NCBI GenBank assembly: GCA_943788985.1
Contig: CALSSJ010000026.1
Location: 64,001-128,000 of the forward strand
Direction: 5' to 3'
DNA from: an uncultured Lentisphaerales bacterium
Lineage (GTDB): Bacteria; Verrucomicrobiota; Lentisphaeria; JABSQK01; UBA12247
DNA length: 64,000 nucleotides
Each line of letters opens with the position of its first letter. The first letter of the stretch is position 1. A program made the position numbers and the translations under genes. Below, in pieces: positions 39,710 through 49,415 of this stretch. A model generated the notes under the pieces. The model was not told the DNA's origin, did no database searches, and worked only from the letters and a program-made list of their open reading frames with translations.

Positions 39710-41322
39710 TGGGGGCGATACTTTCGTTCAGTAGTGTTTCTGGGCCGACTGCGGCCAGCGTCCAGCAACTTCTGCAATTCGATTTTCATACGCTGAAAGA
39801 CTTCAGGATGCAGTGTGGCCACATCGTTGGATTCAGCCGGATCACTCTCCAGATCATAGAGGGTGTGTGTGAATGTCAGCGGAGCACGATTGCCATCCGG
39901 TTCGCCAGCCTTCTTTCTGGGGGCTCTGTTCGGTTTCCGCTGGAGCTTCCATGTTCCTGCTCGGTAGCCGAAGGCGCTGTTGACACCGTCTCTTCCATTA
40001 TCCTGCTGAATCAGCTGGCTGCGTCCTGAGGCTCCGTCTTTGCCGAGGAGGGCGGGCATCACGTCCAGGCTGTCCAGGCAGGCATCGCCTGGGATCGGCA
40101 CGCCAAGATACGTGGCGAGGCTGGCTGCCAGGTCAATGGTGCAGACCACCTCATCGGATACACCCGGCTCGATCGTGCCAGGCCACCAGGTGATGAAGGG
40201 CGTCCGGGTGCCGCCTTCCTGTATGCGGTATTTCCCGCCTGAAAATGGCCCGGCGGGCTTGTGGTCATGGAGCTTTTCCTTAGCCCCGTCCTTGTAGCCG
40301 TCGCCGAGCACCGAGCCGTTGTCCGAGCAGAAGACAACCAAGGTATTCTTCTCCACCCCCTGCTCCTTGAGGATCTTGATGAGTTCGCCAACACTCCAAT
40401 CCAGCTGGACGATGGCATCGCCGCGCCAACCGGTGCGGGATGTTCCGTGAAAGCGTTCATGCGGCATGCGCGGCACATGGATGTCGTGCGAGGCAAAGAA
40501 CAGAAAGAAGGGATTGTCTTTGTTCCGCGTGATCCACTCCCTGGATTTCTCCACCCACTTATCGGCGAGGTCTTCATCGCGAAAGCGGGCCGCATGGCCG
40601 CCGGTGTAGAACCCGATTCGGCTGATGCCGTTGTGAATCGTGCTGTTATGGCCATGGCTCCAGTCCATCTTCAGACTCTCGCGGTGAGTCTTGCCCGTGG
40701 GATGGTCCAGCCCCGGGCGATGATGCCCAACCCAAAGCGGGTCCGCAGGATCAAGATTCAGGACGCGGTGGTTTTCCACATACACCTGCGGCACCCGGTC
40801 GTTGGTGGTGGGCAACAGGAATGAATAGTCGAAACCGATTTCGAGCGGGCCGGGCTTCAGATCGCCATTCCAGTCCGGGCGTTTGTTCCCCAATCCGAGG
40901 TGCCATTTTCCGATGACAGCAGTCTTATAGCCGCCTTTTTGCAACAGATCGGGCAGGGTCACGACATCCGGTCGAATCAAGGCGGGAGAATTTGGACCAG
41001 CGATCCCCGTTCCCGTCACGCGGAAGGCGTGGGTGCCCGTCAAGAACGCATAGCGGGTCGGCGTGCAGGTGGCGGCGGAGCAGTAGCCACTGGTAAAGCG
41101 AATGCCTTCGGCGGCGAGTCGGTCGATGTGCGGAGTTTTAATGTTTTCCGGCCGGGCTCCGTAACAGCCCACGTCACCGTAGCCAAGATCATCCGCCATG
41201 ATGACCACGATATTGGGCCGTTTCGCTGCTGCCTGCTGATTCGACGCGAGTCCAGCATCGGGCGCCGCATTCAGTCCGACGGCGACAGCAAGGACTGCTT
41301 GCAGTATGGTGAGATAGCGCAT
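39706..41322 (-). CDS. Secreted arylsulfatase (S1)
   Basis: Signal MRYLTILQAVLAVAVG, RPNIVVIMADDLGYGD, CTPTRYAFLTG, GKWHLGLG, SDNG, GGKY..QEGGTR. The ORF can extend to 41379. Confidence 0.93.
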   Translation of the reverse strand: MRYLTILQAVLAVAVGLNAAPDAGLASNQQAAAKRPNIVVIMADDLGYGDVGCYGARPENIKTPHIDRLAAEGIRFTSGYCSAATCTPTRYAFLTGTHAFRVTGTGIAGPNSPALIRPDVVTLPDLLQKGGYKTAVIGKWHLGLGNKRPDWNGDLKPGPLEIGFDYSFLLPTTNDRVPQVYVENHRVLNLDPADPLWVGHHRPGLDHPTGKTHRESLKMDWSHGHNSTIHNGISRIGFYTGGHAARFRDEDLADKWVEKSREWITRNKDNPFFLFFASHDIHVPRMPHERFHGTSRTGWRGDAIVQLDWSVGELIKILKEQGVEKNTLVVFCSDNGSVLGDGYKDGAKEKLHDHKPAGPFSGGKYRIQEGGTRTPFITWWPGTIEPGVSDEVVCTIDLAASLATYLGVPIPGDACLDSLDVMPALLGKDGASGRSQLIQQDNGRDGVNSAFGYRAGTWKLQRKPNRAPRKKAGEPDGNRAPLTFTHTLYDLESDPAESNDVATLHPEVFQRMKIELQKLLDAGRSRPRNTTERKYRPQ

Positions 41323-41461
41323 GGGGGAATTTCTCTGGATCGTGAGTCTGCCATTGTGTGCAGGAGTATGTTTATTCAACGTGCCCTACGCCAACTGTAG
41401 GACGCCAACTCGTACCCGAGCGGCAGTGAGTGAATCTGTGCACCCGAAACCTGTTTAGTCA

Positions 41462-42571
41462 TCATCTGCCGGTGCCAAACGCGACGTGACCTTCGCGCGC
41501 CTCGAGATCAACGGTTACGTCTACGTGTTCAAACTGACGGTGAAACACCCAGCTCTCGGGACTCTTGCGAACAGCCTCGCCGAGCGGCTTGCCCAGTGGA
41601 CGTTGCAGTTCAGGCTGAGGGCAGAGTGGGCCGGTACACAGGTCCCAGCCCCAGCCATACTGCAGATAGCTGTTCTCCTGGGCTCCGATCAGAAATGCGG
41701 CAAGGTAGTAGGCAATGCGCTCGCGGGACAGGGAAGCCAGGTACTCATTTGTCAGTTTCTGCCCGCTCTCGCGTCTTGCAACTGCCGCCTGGTCCTGTTC
41801 CACGCCAATCCGCCACACGGAGATCTTACCGGCGTCGGCGATTTGTTTCATCAACGCCCAGTCACTGACAATCCCCTCCTTCGACAGCAAGTGGGGCTGG
41901 TAGTGCTCAAACATAAAGGCGTCGCCGGCCTCGAAGAGCTCCGGAATGTGCGCAGCATTGTTCAGCAGAAGCATTTTATCGGGGCCCATCGCTTCCTTGG
42001 CCATGCGCATCATCAACGCCTGTGCGTCGGCGACATCGTCTTTCCGCTCTTCACGCAGCCACGAGAATCCATGCATCTGGTCCACAAACAGTCCGTTGCC
42101 ACCGGAGTCCCTGACAAATTCTGCCACGGCATCCACCCACCAGGCCCGGAACTCAGGGTTGAGCACATCGAAGTAGTGGACATGGTCGCCCTCGCGATAG
42201 GCCAGTTCACCAGTCTCGGGGTCTGTGAGCAGGAAGGCCTTGTAGCGCGCGTTCTCTGGCTCGTGGATAGCCCCCTTGTTGTCAAAGACTTTGGCCCGCT
42301 GGATGAACGGATAGGCAAAGGCCGAGTTCAGATAAACCAGGCAAGTCATATCTGGCTTCAGGGCCTTGAACTGGGCGATCGCATGCTTGGCGCCAGCATC
42401 AGCAGAGCCCAAGTCATGCAGGCCGTGCTTCTTCTCGACACACAGGAAGTCGGTGGTCTCGGCGATTGTTCGGACATCCTCGTCCTTGAACTGAACGTAG
42501 TCCGCAAACATCTGGTAGACGGGCGTTGTGGCCCACGAGAATGGGGGACGCATTGCGATGTGTGTGCTCAA
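41462..42571 (-). CDS. Glycoside hydrolase, GH168-like (endo-fucanase family / GHL15-type)
   Basis: FSWATTPVYQMF, DFLCVEKKHG, LVYLNS...YP, FDVLNPEFRAWW, GLFVDQ, FMFEH, LAAFLIGA...Y.QYGWG, PLGKPLG, FHRQFEH..V.VDL match my recollection of GH168/GHL15 proteins. RBS AAAGGA before TTG. Confidence 0.65.
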   Translation of the reverse strand: MSTHIAMRPPFSWATTPVYQMFADYVQFKDEDVRTIAETTDFLCVEKKHGLHDLGSADAGAKHAIAQFKALKPDMTCLVYLNSAFAYPFIQRAKVFDNKGAIHEPENARYKAFLLTDPETGELAYREGDHVHYFDVLNPEFRAWWVDAVAEFVRDSGGNGLFVDQMHGFSWLREERKDDVADAQALMMRMAKEAMGPDKMLLLNNAAHIPELFEAGDAFMFEHYQPHLLSKEGIVSDWALMKQIADAGKISVWRIGVEQDQAAVARRESGQKLTNEYLASLSRERIAYYLAAFLIGAQENSYLQYGWGWDLCTGPLCPQPELQRPLGKPLGEAVRKSPESWVFHRQFEHVDVTVDLEAREGHVAFGTGR

Positions 42572-42627
42572 AGTGTGGTATCCTTTCGGAGAGCCTAGTT
42601 GGTTGCGGATGGGGGCCGGGAAGGGAA

Positions 42628-43489
42628 TCAGTCACCTTCGACGATGGACCAGGCCCCTTTTGGGAAGAAGGTCGAGCCAGTGCCAATAATCTCCGGGGCA
42701 TCGTAGCGATAGTTGGCCACATTGCCAGCAGCCATCAGGTAGTTCACCTTCAGCACATCCCCATGTTTGGTCAACGTGCCATTTGCTGAGTGGATGAACA
42801 TTTGAACGTCCGGGTAGGCTAGATCCTGTCCGTAGCCCTGGGTGCCATTGCTATTGTTCCAACGCTCCCACTCGGTGAGCAAGATCGTTCCTGTCGCATC
42901 AGCCACATTGGCTCCCTTGCGTTCGAATTTGGTCTGCGAAAAAAGATAGCCGGGGCTTGAGGCCCAGTCGAACGGTGCGCGGAGCCCGATGGCGTCACGA
43001 GACTGGTTATGAATGCGCGGCATGGCGTAATCCTGCGCCGCTCTGTAATGGTCGCTACTGGTGCGAAGTGTGCTTGCTGATGGGCATTGGTAGAGATCGG
43101 TTGCGAATCCGTTGTTGTACGTGAACCACTGCCACATCAGGGGCGTTTGTCCGCCTTGAATATATGGATATAGGGCCTTGTCCCAACCAAAACCTGCGAA
43201 TCCTCCAGCCGAGTCGCTTCCAGCATACGGAAAGTGGTCATCATAGTCATCCATGTACATGGCGTTGGCCAGGCCCATCTGCTTCAGGTTATTGGCACAG
43301 GCAGCCCTCCGGGCTGTGCCGCGTGCTTTGCTAAGTGCTGGCAGTAGCAGCGATGCCAAGATCGCAATGATGGCGATGACGACCAGCAACTCAATCAACG
43401 TAAACCCGTGCCGAATGGCATTGCGTGGCGATTGCTGATAGAAAAACGTTTTGCGACTACTAAATCGGGGTGTGTGGTGTCATCGTCAT
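42628..43489 (-). CDS. Prepilin-type N-terminal cleavage / DUF1559-like H-X9-DG protein (+1 frameshift in leader at ~43467)
   Basis: [30 protein letters not shown]...[13 protein letters not shown]-terminal [16 protein letters not shown]. The ATG at 43489 is out of frame by one base in a C/A run. Confidence 0.85.
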
Positions 43490-43504
43490 TCCACTTTCTC
43501 TGAT

Positions 43505-43865
43505 CATGTTTCTGCCTCCAATTGTTGGCGCTCCGATCCAGTAGGTCCGGCTCTGTCGTTCTCGTTGTAATCCTTGCTGCGGACCACTCGCTATGCGCAG
43601 CGAAATTTTCAGGCACAACTTAACCATTCAGGATATCTTCATCTACCGCGTTTCTTGCATCTCTCCAAGGCGTTGCTTCAGGCTCACAGAGCAAACCCGA
43701 CGCCACGGCGCTTTTCCATTGCTCTTCATAGAACCAATATACCCCAAGGCCGACACCTGCACATTACCCAAGCGCCCATAGCTGTATCCGATCTCACCAA
43801 GGTGCTGTGAGACCGCTGTTCACAGACCAACACTCTTCCTCGACGACAATGGAGGCAGACACATG
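43505..43865. repeat. About 360-bp segment bounded by ~25-bp imperfect inverted repeats
   Basis: Left CATGTTTCTGCCTCCAATTGTTGGCG (43505-43530). Right CGACGACAATGGAGGCAGACACATG (43841-43865). Confidence 0.6.
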
Positions 43866-43904
43866 CTGTTTTGCTGGAATCGCGTGAACAATTTGCGCGG
43901 ACTC

Positions 43905-44110
43905 TCAATTGCCATTTGGTCTGGTGCGACCTGCTTGCAGGGCTTGTTGTAACGCCCCCTTCATGCGCTCGAATACTTCGGGATTCTGCTTGGCAAGATT
44001 CTTGGACACCACGGGATCGCCATCCAGATCGTAAAGTTTAAACGAAGCAGTACCGATCGTGCCGGTTTTACGGTCAGATTTAGCGATCCGCTGCAGTTTT
44101 TACTTGCCAT
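43905..44110 (-). pseudogene. Sulfatase C-terminal remnant
   Basis: GK*KLQR...FKLYDLDGDPVVSKNLAKQNPEVFERMKGALQQALQAGRTRP* resembles the C-terminus of the 39706-41322 sulfatase. Confidence 0.75.
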
Positions 44111-44485
44111 TCAGCGGTCCCCAATACTTTTTTTAGCGCAACATAGCCGCCCATGAGTTCGCCTATGACCTTGTCCTTCTGCCGAAGCTTCTCCTCGAAA
44201 CGATTGATCTGGGCATCCTGGCGTTTCTTGACCGGGTTGCGCTCAAAGGCGGGATGCCCGCCTGCAAACAGCTTCCTCTGCCAGCGATAGAACATCGCTG
44301 GACTGATCTGGTATTGATCGCAGACATCTGAGACCGGACGGTTCTCGATCAGGTGTTCACGCAGAATCGTAACCTTCTGCTCGGCGCTGTAGGACTTTCG
44401 TGTTACCACAAGGCTCTCCCCATCTCTTTTGAAGAGCCTCTTAGCAAGCCCAACCGAGATGTCCAATTTCAGCTGAGGCGAAGCA
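44110..44485 (-). mobile_element. Truncated IS3-family element (left end plus OrfA; OrfB lost)
   Basis: Terminus TGCTTCGCCTCAGCTGAAATTGGACA at 44485-44460. HTH OrfA RKSYSAEQKVTILREHL...VSDVCDQYQISPAMFYRWQRK...LKK. A7G slippery motif at 44134-44127. Confidence 0.8.
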
Positions 44486-44960
44486 ACCTTGCCTGCTTGG
44501 CAGCGCCTCACCGCCACCTTTCTCGCCCTTGGCGTAAAGCTGCCATTTCCCGAAATGGCAGCTAGCGCACCCGGCAGCCTCAAGAGCATCGGCTATCGTC
44601 TCAGCGTCCTCGGCAACGCCATCCCAATTGGGGACCGGAGTCAGCCGCATTTTTTTTGGGGTCCCGGTTGGTCAAACTGACAACAAAAGCATGGTGCCGT
44701 GACGTATAGTTTCCGGATAGAAGGCAGGCGCGGGCGGGCTGACAGTTCGCGGCATTGGCATACGCATCAGTAAAGACCACCCCCTGTTTGGCCATGGTGT
44801 CGAGTACCGGTGTTTTGCATTCGCCGTGAGATTGATAAACAACATCCTTCCATCCCTGATCATCCGCATAGGTTAGAACAATGTTCGGACGGGTGTTGGC
44901 TGCTGCAAAGAAGGGAGCAAAGGGCTGGGCCAAAATTCCCAACCATTGCGATTACTTCAT
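44486..44960 (-). pseudogene. Sulfatase N-terminal half, interrupted by IS3
   Basis: ATG-AAG-TAA nonsense near the start, then RPNIVLTYADDQGW, CQPARACLLSG, a frameshift at an A8 run, TIADAL...HFGKW...LPSRQG and the IS end. Confidence 0.85.
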
Positions 44961-44981
44961 TGGTTGGTCCCCTTTTCCTCG

Positions 44982-46389
44982 GAGTAACTTGCAGAAGTTG
45001 TTTATGACGAGTTTGAAAGGGTGAGGCGCTCTGCCCACGGTACGGGTGTCGAAGGCCAAACAGAGGGAGAGCGCCTCATGCTCACCTCATCTTTTGAATC
45101 GTTGTCGTCAACTGGTGCACAGGCCAGCTTAGAAGAAGCGCTGGGTGGCCACCCGCGCGGTGCGCCGCAGGAAATGCTCGAAGAAGAACTTGGCCAGTTT
45201 CTCAACGAGATGCGCGGCGAGCGAACAGATGATGGTCGTCAGGCGGTTGTTCGCAATGGTTGCCACAAAGAGCAGTTTATCCAGACCGCTCTTGGCCTGG
45301 TTCCCGTTTTTGTTCCACGTGCGCGGGATCGCTCTGTTGGTGGTGATGGTTTTCAAAGCGCCATCATTCCACACTGCAAACGACGATCTGTCACCTTGGA
45401 TAAGGCAGTCTGCTACTTCTAGCGCAAGGGGGTGTCCACTGGCGACATGTTGCCGGTGCTGCTGGAGCTGTTCGGGCCTGACGTCGGCAACCTTTCGAGC
45501 GCGTGCGTGAGCCGGCTGACAAGTCGCTGGAGTGACGAGTACCAACAGTGGAAGAGCCGTGAACTGAGCACTGAGCAGTACGTATACGTGTGGGTTGACG
45601 GCATCCACTTCAACGTGCGCACGGACGAGAACAAGCTCTGCACGCTGGTGGTCATGGGATCGACCAAGGACGGCCGCAAAGAACTCATCACGGTGGAAGG
45701 CGGTTACCGCGAAAGTACCGAGAGTTGGGCGGTCATGCTGCGCGCTCTTCGCAGCCGTGGCATGCAGCCACCGAAGTTGTTTATTGGCGACGGTGCTCTT
45801 GGCTTCTCGAGCGCCGCTGGTCAAGTCTACCCCGAGAGTTGCAATCAGCGGTGTTGGGTTCACAAGTCGGCCAACATCCTCGACAAGCTGCCCAAGAAGG
45901 TGCAGCCGAAGACCAAAGGCATGATTCACGAGATGTACCAGGCCGAGACCAAGGCCGACGCCCTGGCAAGGCATCAGCGCTTCCTGAATGGGTTCACAAA
46001 CAAGTATTCAGGGTCGGTGGCCTGCCTAAATGACAGCTTCGACGAGCTGTTCGCATTCTACGACTTCCCGGCAGCCCACTGGCGCCCCATCGGCGCAACC
46101 AACCCGATCGAGTCGACGTTCGCCACCGTCCGTAAACGGACCTACTCAACCCGTGGACAAGGCTCGCAGACAAGCACACTGGCCCTGGCTTTCAAGCTTG
46201 CTCTGGAGGCGTCCAAGGGGTGGCGACGGCTAAACGGACACGCCCTGATCATCAAGCTCTTCGGCCCAAGCATAATGTTTGAAAACGGAATCGAAAAACA
46301 CAAGTAAGCTGCTTAAACCAAGACACTGGTGACCCCGAAATGACTGACCTCACCCCACAAATCCCGTACACAACATTCGAAAGTTGCTC
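44982..46389 (+). mobile_element. IS256-family insertion sequence with imperfect ~42-bp terminal inverted repeats
   Basis: Left GAGTAACTTGCAGAAGTTGTTTATGACGAGTTTGAAAGGGTGAGG versus reverse-complemented right end GAGCAACTTTCGAATGTTGTGTACGGGATTTGTGGGGTGAGG. It encloses a mutator-type transposase. No target-site duplication. Confidence 0.85.
45078..46307 (+). pseudogene. IS256 (mutator) transposase with in-frame TAG at 45420-45422
   Basis: VRNG...VPRARDR, [stop]RKGVSTGD, YVWVDGI, FIGDG, QRCWVHK, TNPIES (DDE triad present). Confidence 0.9.
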
Positions 46390-46487
46390 ACGATGTTAGG
46401 CAGCGGCGTATCTTTCGCCTGCACCGAAATGAAGCAGCACTGCCACAGGGATAGGGCCAGCAAAGGAATGATCTTGCTCAGTTTTAC
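46390..46487 (-). pseudogene. Signal peptide plus first residues of a sulfatase, cut by IS256
   Basis: (V)KLSKIIPLLALSLWQCCFISVQAKDTPLPNIV ends exactly at the IS256 right end. Confidence 0.55.
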
Positions 46488-46923
46488 TCTCCGACTTTCA
46501 GGAGTGCAATACGGGCGACCCCGTGATGCTGAGCTTTGGCCGGTGTATCCGCACTGTAATTCCACCAACGGCCGTGGTAGTACAGGTAGTCCAAGTGGTA
46601 GAGATAGTACTGACGGCACAGGATTCGCCGTACCGAAACGTGGTCGTCTCGCCGTCGCCGTAGACTGTCAGGACCAGCTCGACAGCGATGTCCTGCAAGG
46701 TTTAGTGCCGAATAGCCTGCTTGGCTGCGTAGGCTTCTTAGGTCAGCAGCGTGCCTTCCGGGACGCCCCAGCACATGAAGTAGAAATCCCAGACATCCTT
46801 GTGCCAAGGCTGTGTGGGGGCCTTGCCCACTGCGGCTTGGTCGATCCTAATAAGGTTGTTACTGTGTGAGGCATAGGTGGACGTGAGATTCGAGGGGGCA
46901 GTGAGCTGGGAAGTGGGGGCTTA

Positions 46924-47775
46924 TCAGCGGGTGCTGTCCCACCAGGTGTCAGTGACATTCGCGGCGCCCGCGGTGGTGCCGTCGTCTCGTGTCAGCGACT
47001 CCATCACGCTCATGGGCTCGACGTGCCCGTCGGCCATGAGAAAATTGTAGGGCTTCCCGCCCAGATGATGAGGCGTCACGCGGTTTAGCAGTGTATAGGC
47101 CTCCAGCCCCTGCCATTCCCAAGAGCATCCGAGACGCGCCCACCAGATCACCGCCGGATCGCCGCTCATCTCCGTGAAGGTGATGGTCCCGGAAGGCTGG
47201 CTGATCTCGGACTCCTTGCGCGAGAAAGTGTTGGCAGCATTGGGGGCGATGAACCCGTAGATGCCCAGGCCGGGCCGGCCACCGCCGGGGGTCTGCGTGG
47301 GATAGTAGGTGATGCGGATGTGGTTGCCGTTTGGCGGTTGGCTATCCGAAGGGCAGCGGTACAGCGCGCCATGATTGAATCCGCCGGGCAGGTCCCCCTC
47401 CCGAGCGCCCCAGCGTCCATTTAGCAACGAGCCGGTGGTCATCTGCGCCAAGGTCAGGCTGCGTCCGTCATAGGCGCTGAGAAGGTCGTCCCAACTGATC
47501 CCACTGCTCCCGAGAGCCACCGGATAATGCGACTCGCTGTCTTGAAGGTACATCTCCGCCACCAGGCCAATCTGCTTGAGGTTATTCAGACAGGCGGCCT
47601 TACGACCTTTCTCCCGGGCCTGACTCAGTGCCGGGAGCAGCAGCGCCGCGAGAATCACAATAATGGTAATGACCACAAGAAGCTCGATCAGTGTAAATGG
47701 TGCACGCCGAACAGCTTGCGACTGTTCGGAAAACCAGTCGCTGCTGCCGCAGTTCAAGACGCGCCTCTGGCTCAT
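46924..47775 (-). CDS. Prepilin-type N-terminal cleavage / DUF1559-like H-X9-DG protein
   Basis: [34 protein letters not shown]...[32 protein letters not shown]. Confidence 0.9.
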   Translation of the reverse strand: MSQRRVLNCGSSDWFSEQSQAVRRAPFTLIELLVVITIIVILAALLLPALSQAREKGRKAACLNNLKQIGLVAEMYLQDSESHYPVALGSSGISWDDLLSAYDGRSLTLAQMTTGSLLNGRWGAREGDLPGGFNHGALYRCPSDSQPPNGNHIRITYYPTQTPGGGRPGLGIYGFIAPNAANTFSRKESEISQPSGTITFTEMSGDPAVIWWARLGCSWEWQGLEAYTLLNRVTPHHLGGKPYNFLMADGHVEPMSVMESLTRDDGTTAGAANVTDTWWDSTR

Positions 47776-48401
47776 TCTGCGAATATTCGGCAGGCCGCTC
47801 GCTTCTGTCGAAGCTGCTGGTTGGGACGTGATTCTGGCAGACGCTGTAATGGCGGTCGACTCCGTTTGACGGTTTTGGCCAGGGCCGGAAACTTTCTCAA
47901 CTGGGCTGGGCAGGCATTCCTAGGCTGGTGCCATAGACGATATAAGCGTGGCGTCTTCATTGCAAATCTGCAGGAATGGAGCTTTTAATCAAAGAGGTGG
48001 ATGAAATAATCACTCATTCCACGCCTGCTGCCTGCGGCTCTCCAGGCAACCAGCATCTGCTATCTGCCCCGCAAGACTGCCTGGATGGACGCCACCTTCT
48101 CGGTGGTGGACTTCTCCTTTATTTTGGCAGCAAAGGGAGATTTTCACTGCGCGGGACGCTGCGTCCCGGTTGAGGCGCTGTGCGTTCTGATGAACTGGCC
48201 CGGCGCGCAGTTTCGGTTTGGGTCCGAACCGGCAGGGGCCACGTGAGAAGAACTGTACATAGTCTATGACCAGAGCCTGCTGCCCAAGCTGATCCGTTGG
48301 GGGATTGATCCTGCGCAAGAGCCTGTCTGGCAGATCAAGACAACAAGAATGATTGCAGCTAGAAAACTACTCTACTCTCCCCCAAATCCTGCGGAGTAGT
48401 T

Positions 48402-48549
48402 GAACCACTGATGCTTTGACCGATTGACCTGTTCTCACTGGGAGAGATTCAGAGCAGAGAAGACGTTAGTCGTGTTTACGGAAAACATGAAACGATCAGT
48501 GTTTATCAGTGTCCATCAGTGGTTCCAATCCTTCCGTAGCCTCGGTAGC
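48402..48549. repeat. Small IR-bounded element with 10-nt tandem units
   Basis: GAACCACTGATG (48402-48413) and CATCAGTGGTTC (48514-48525) are inverted. ATCAGTGTTT-ATCAGTGTCC-ATCAGTGGTT at 48495-48524. Confidence 0.6.
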
Positions 48550-49035
48550 CACCAGAGCAATCGTGTGGGTTCGCTGGCCGCCTGCATTGCTCAGACCAAA
48601 GTGCTTGGCTGCATTGACCTTCAGACTAAACGTAAGATGCGATCCTTTCTGATTCCCGTCGAGCATCTCGCAGAGGAAGGTCGCGCCAAAGCGCTCGGGA
48701 ATTGGGTCGGTGGGCAGCTCTGAGATGAGCGTTGCGATCGCATCTGGTTGTCCGGTCACAGAGAGGCTTTCCACGGATACCTTGCGCCAATTCCAGGAGC
48801 CTTGCCGTACCACTTCTGCTTCCACGGTAATCTGGCCTTCGGGACCGCGAGCGACTCGCAATGGCGTGAGGGTGTACTGAATGGCGCCTGCGGAAGCAGC
48901 GCCTGTGGTGCCGGAGGTGCTGCTTGACGCGTCGTGTGACCCCACCGTAAGCAGTGTGAGAGCGGCAACTACCAGAATCAATACTGAGCCAATCGCCATC
49001 CAAAGGCTCTTGTTGGACGGCCGGTTATTCTCCAT
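48496..49035 (-). CDS. Hypothetical single-pass membrane protein
   Basis: RBS AGGAG before MENNRPS, TM LWMAIGSVLILVVAALTLL, Ser/Thr/Ala linker, beta-rich domain. Confidence 0.6.
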   Translation of the reverse strand: MENNRPSNKSLWMAIGSVLILVVAALTLLTVGSHDASSSTSGTTGAASAGAIQYTLTPLRVARGPEGQITVEAEVVRQGSWNWRKVSVESLSVTGQPDAIATLISELPTDPIPERFGATFLCEMLDGNQKGSHLTFSLKVNAAKHFGLSNAGGQRTHTIALVATEATEGLEPLMDTDKH

Positions 49036-49415
49036 TCTTGTCTCCTGACTCATCCATCTCAATCTTCTCTTCTCGGGTGAATTTGAACGTCGACATCTGG
49101 CCCCCAATTGACCGTAACTGGTTTCGTCGGGGATTGTAAGGCATAAGCCGGGATGGATTGGGCAAGATCAGCACAATCAATGGGGCCCTAAAGGCGTGTT
49201 TCTCCGTACCTCGATTTGGGGCTTGGAACCGAAGCAGGCGGGCCTTTCGCATTCAACTTATACATGGTCTTGGCCGGATCGCGCCGAAGGCTAGCTGGCC
49301 ATGCAGTCCGGCCAGAGCAGCCAATGTCATTGCGTGTCCGGTCGACGAAAGTCCCAGCGCCAGTACACCTTGGTAAACTTGTACTGATCTCTCCCTTCAT
49401 GGCCGATCAGTAGCG

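Noticed and set aside
44080..44589. 169-aa ORF as a single full-length transposase
   Set aside because: Its N-terminal part is out-of-frame sulfatase and IS-end sequence. Only about 44110-44405 is IS3 OrfA.
46498..46900. Possible decayed CDS downstream of the pilin-like gene (HKDVWDFYFMCWG / YYLYHLDYLYYHGRWW fragments)
   Set aside because: The fragments are protein-like but carry stops and frame changes, and I cannot name a family. Left unannotated.
48010..48318. GH16-like C-terminal fragment (LVIDYVQFF)
   Set aside because: The motif is too short and the surrounding sequence gives no support.
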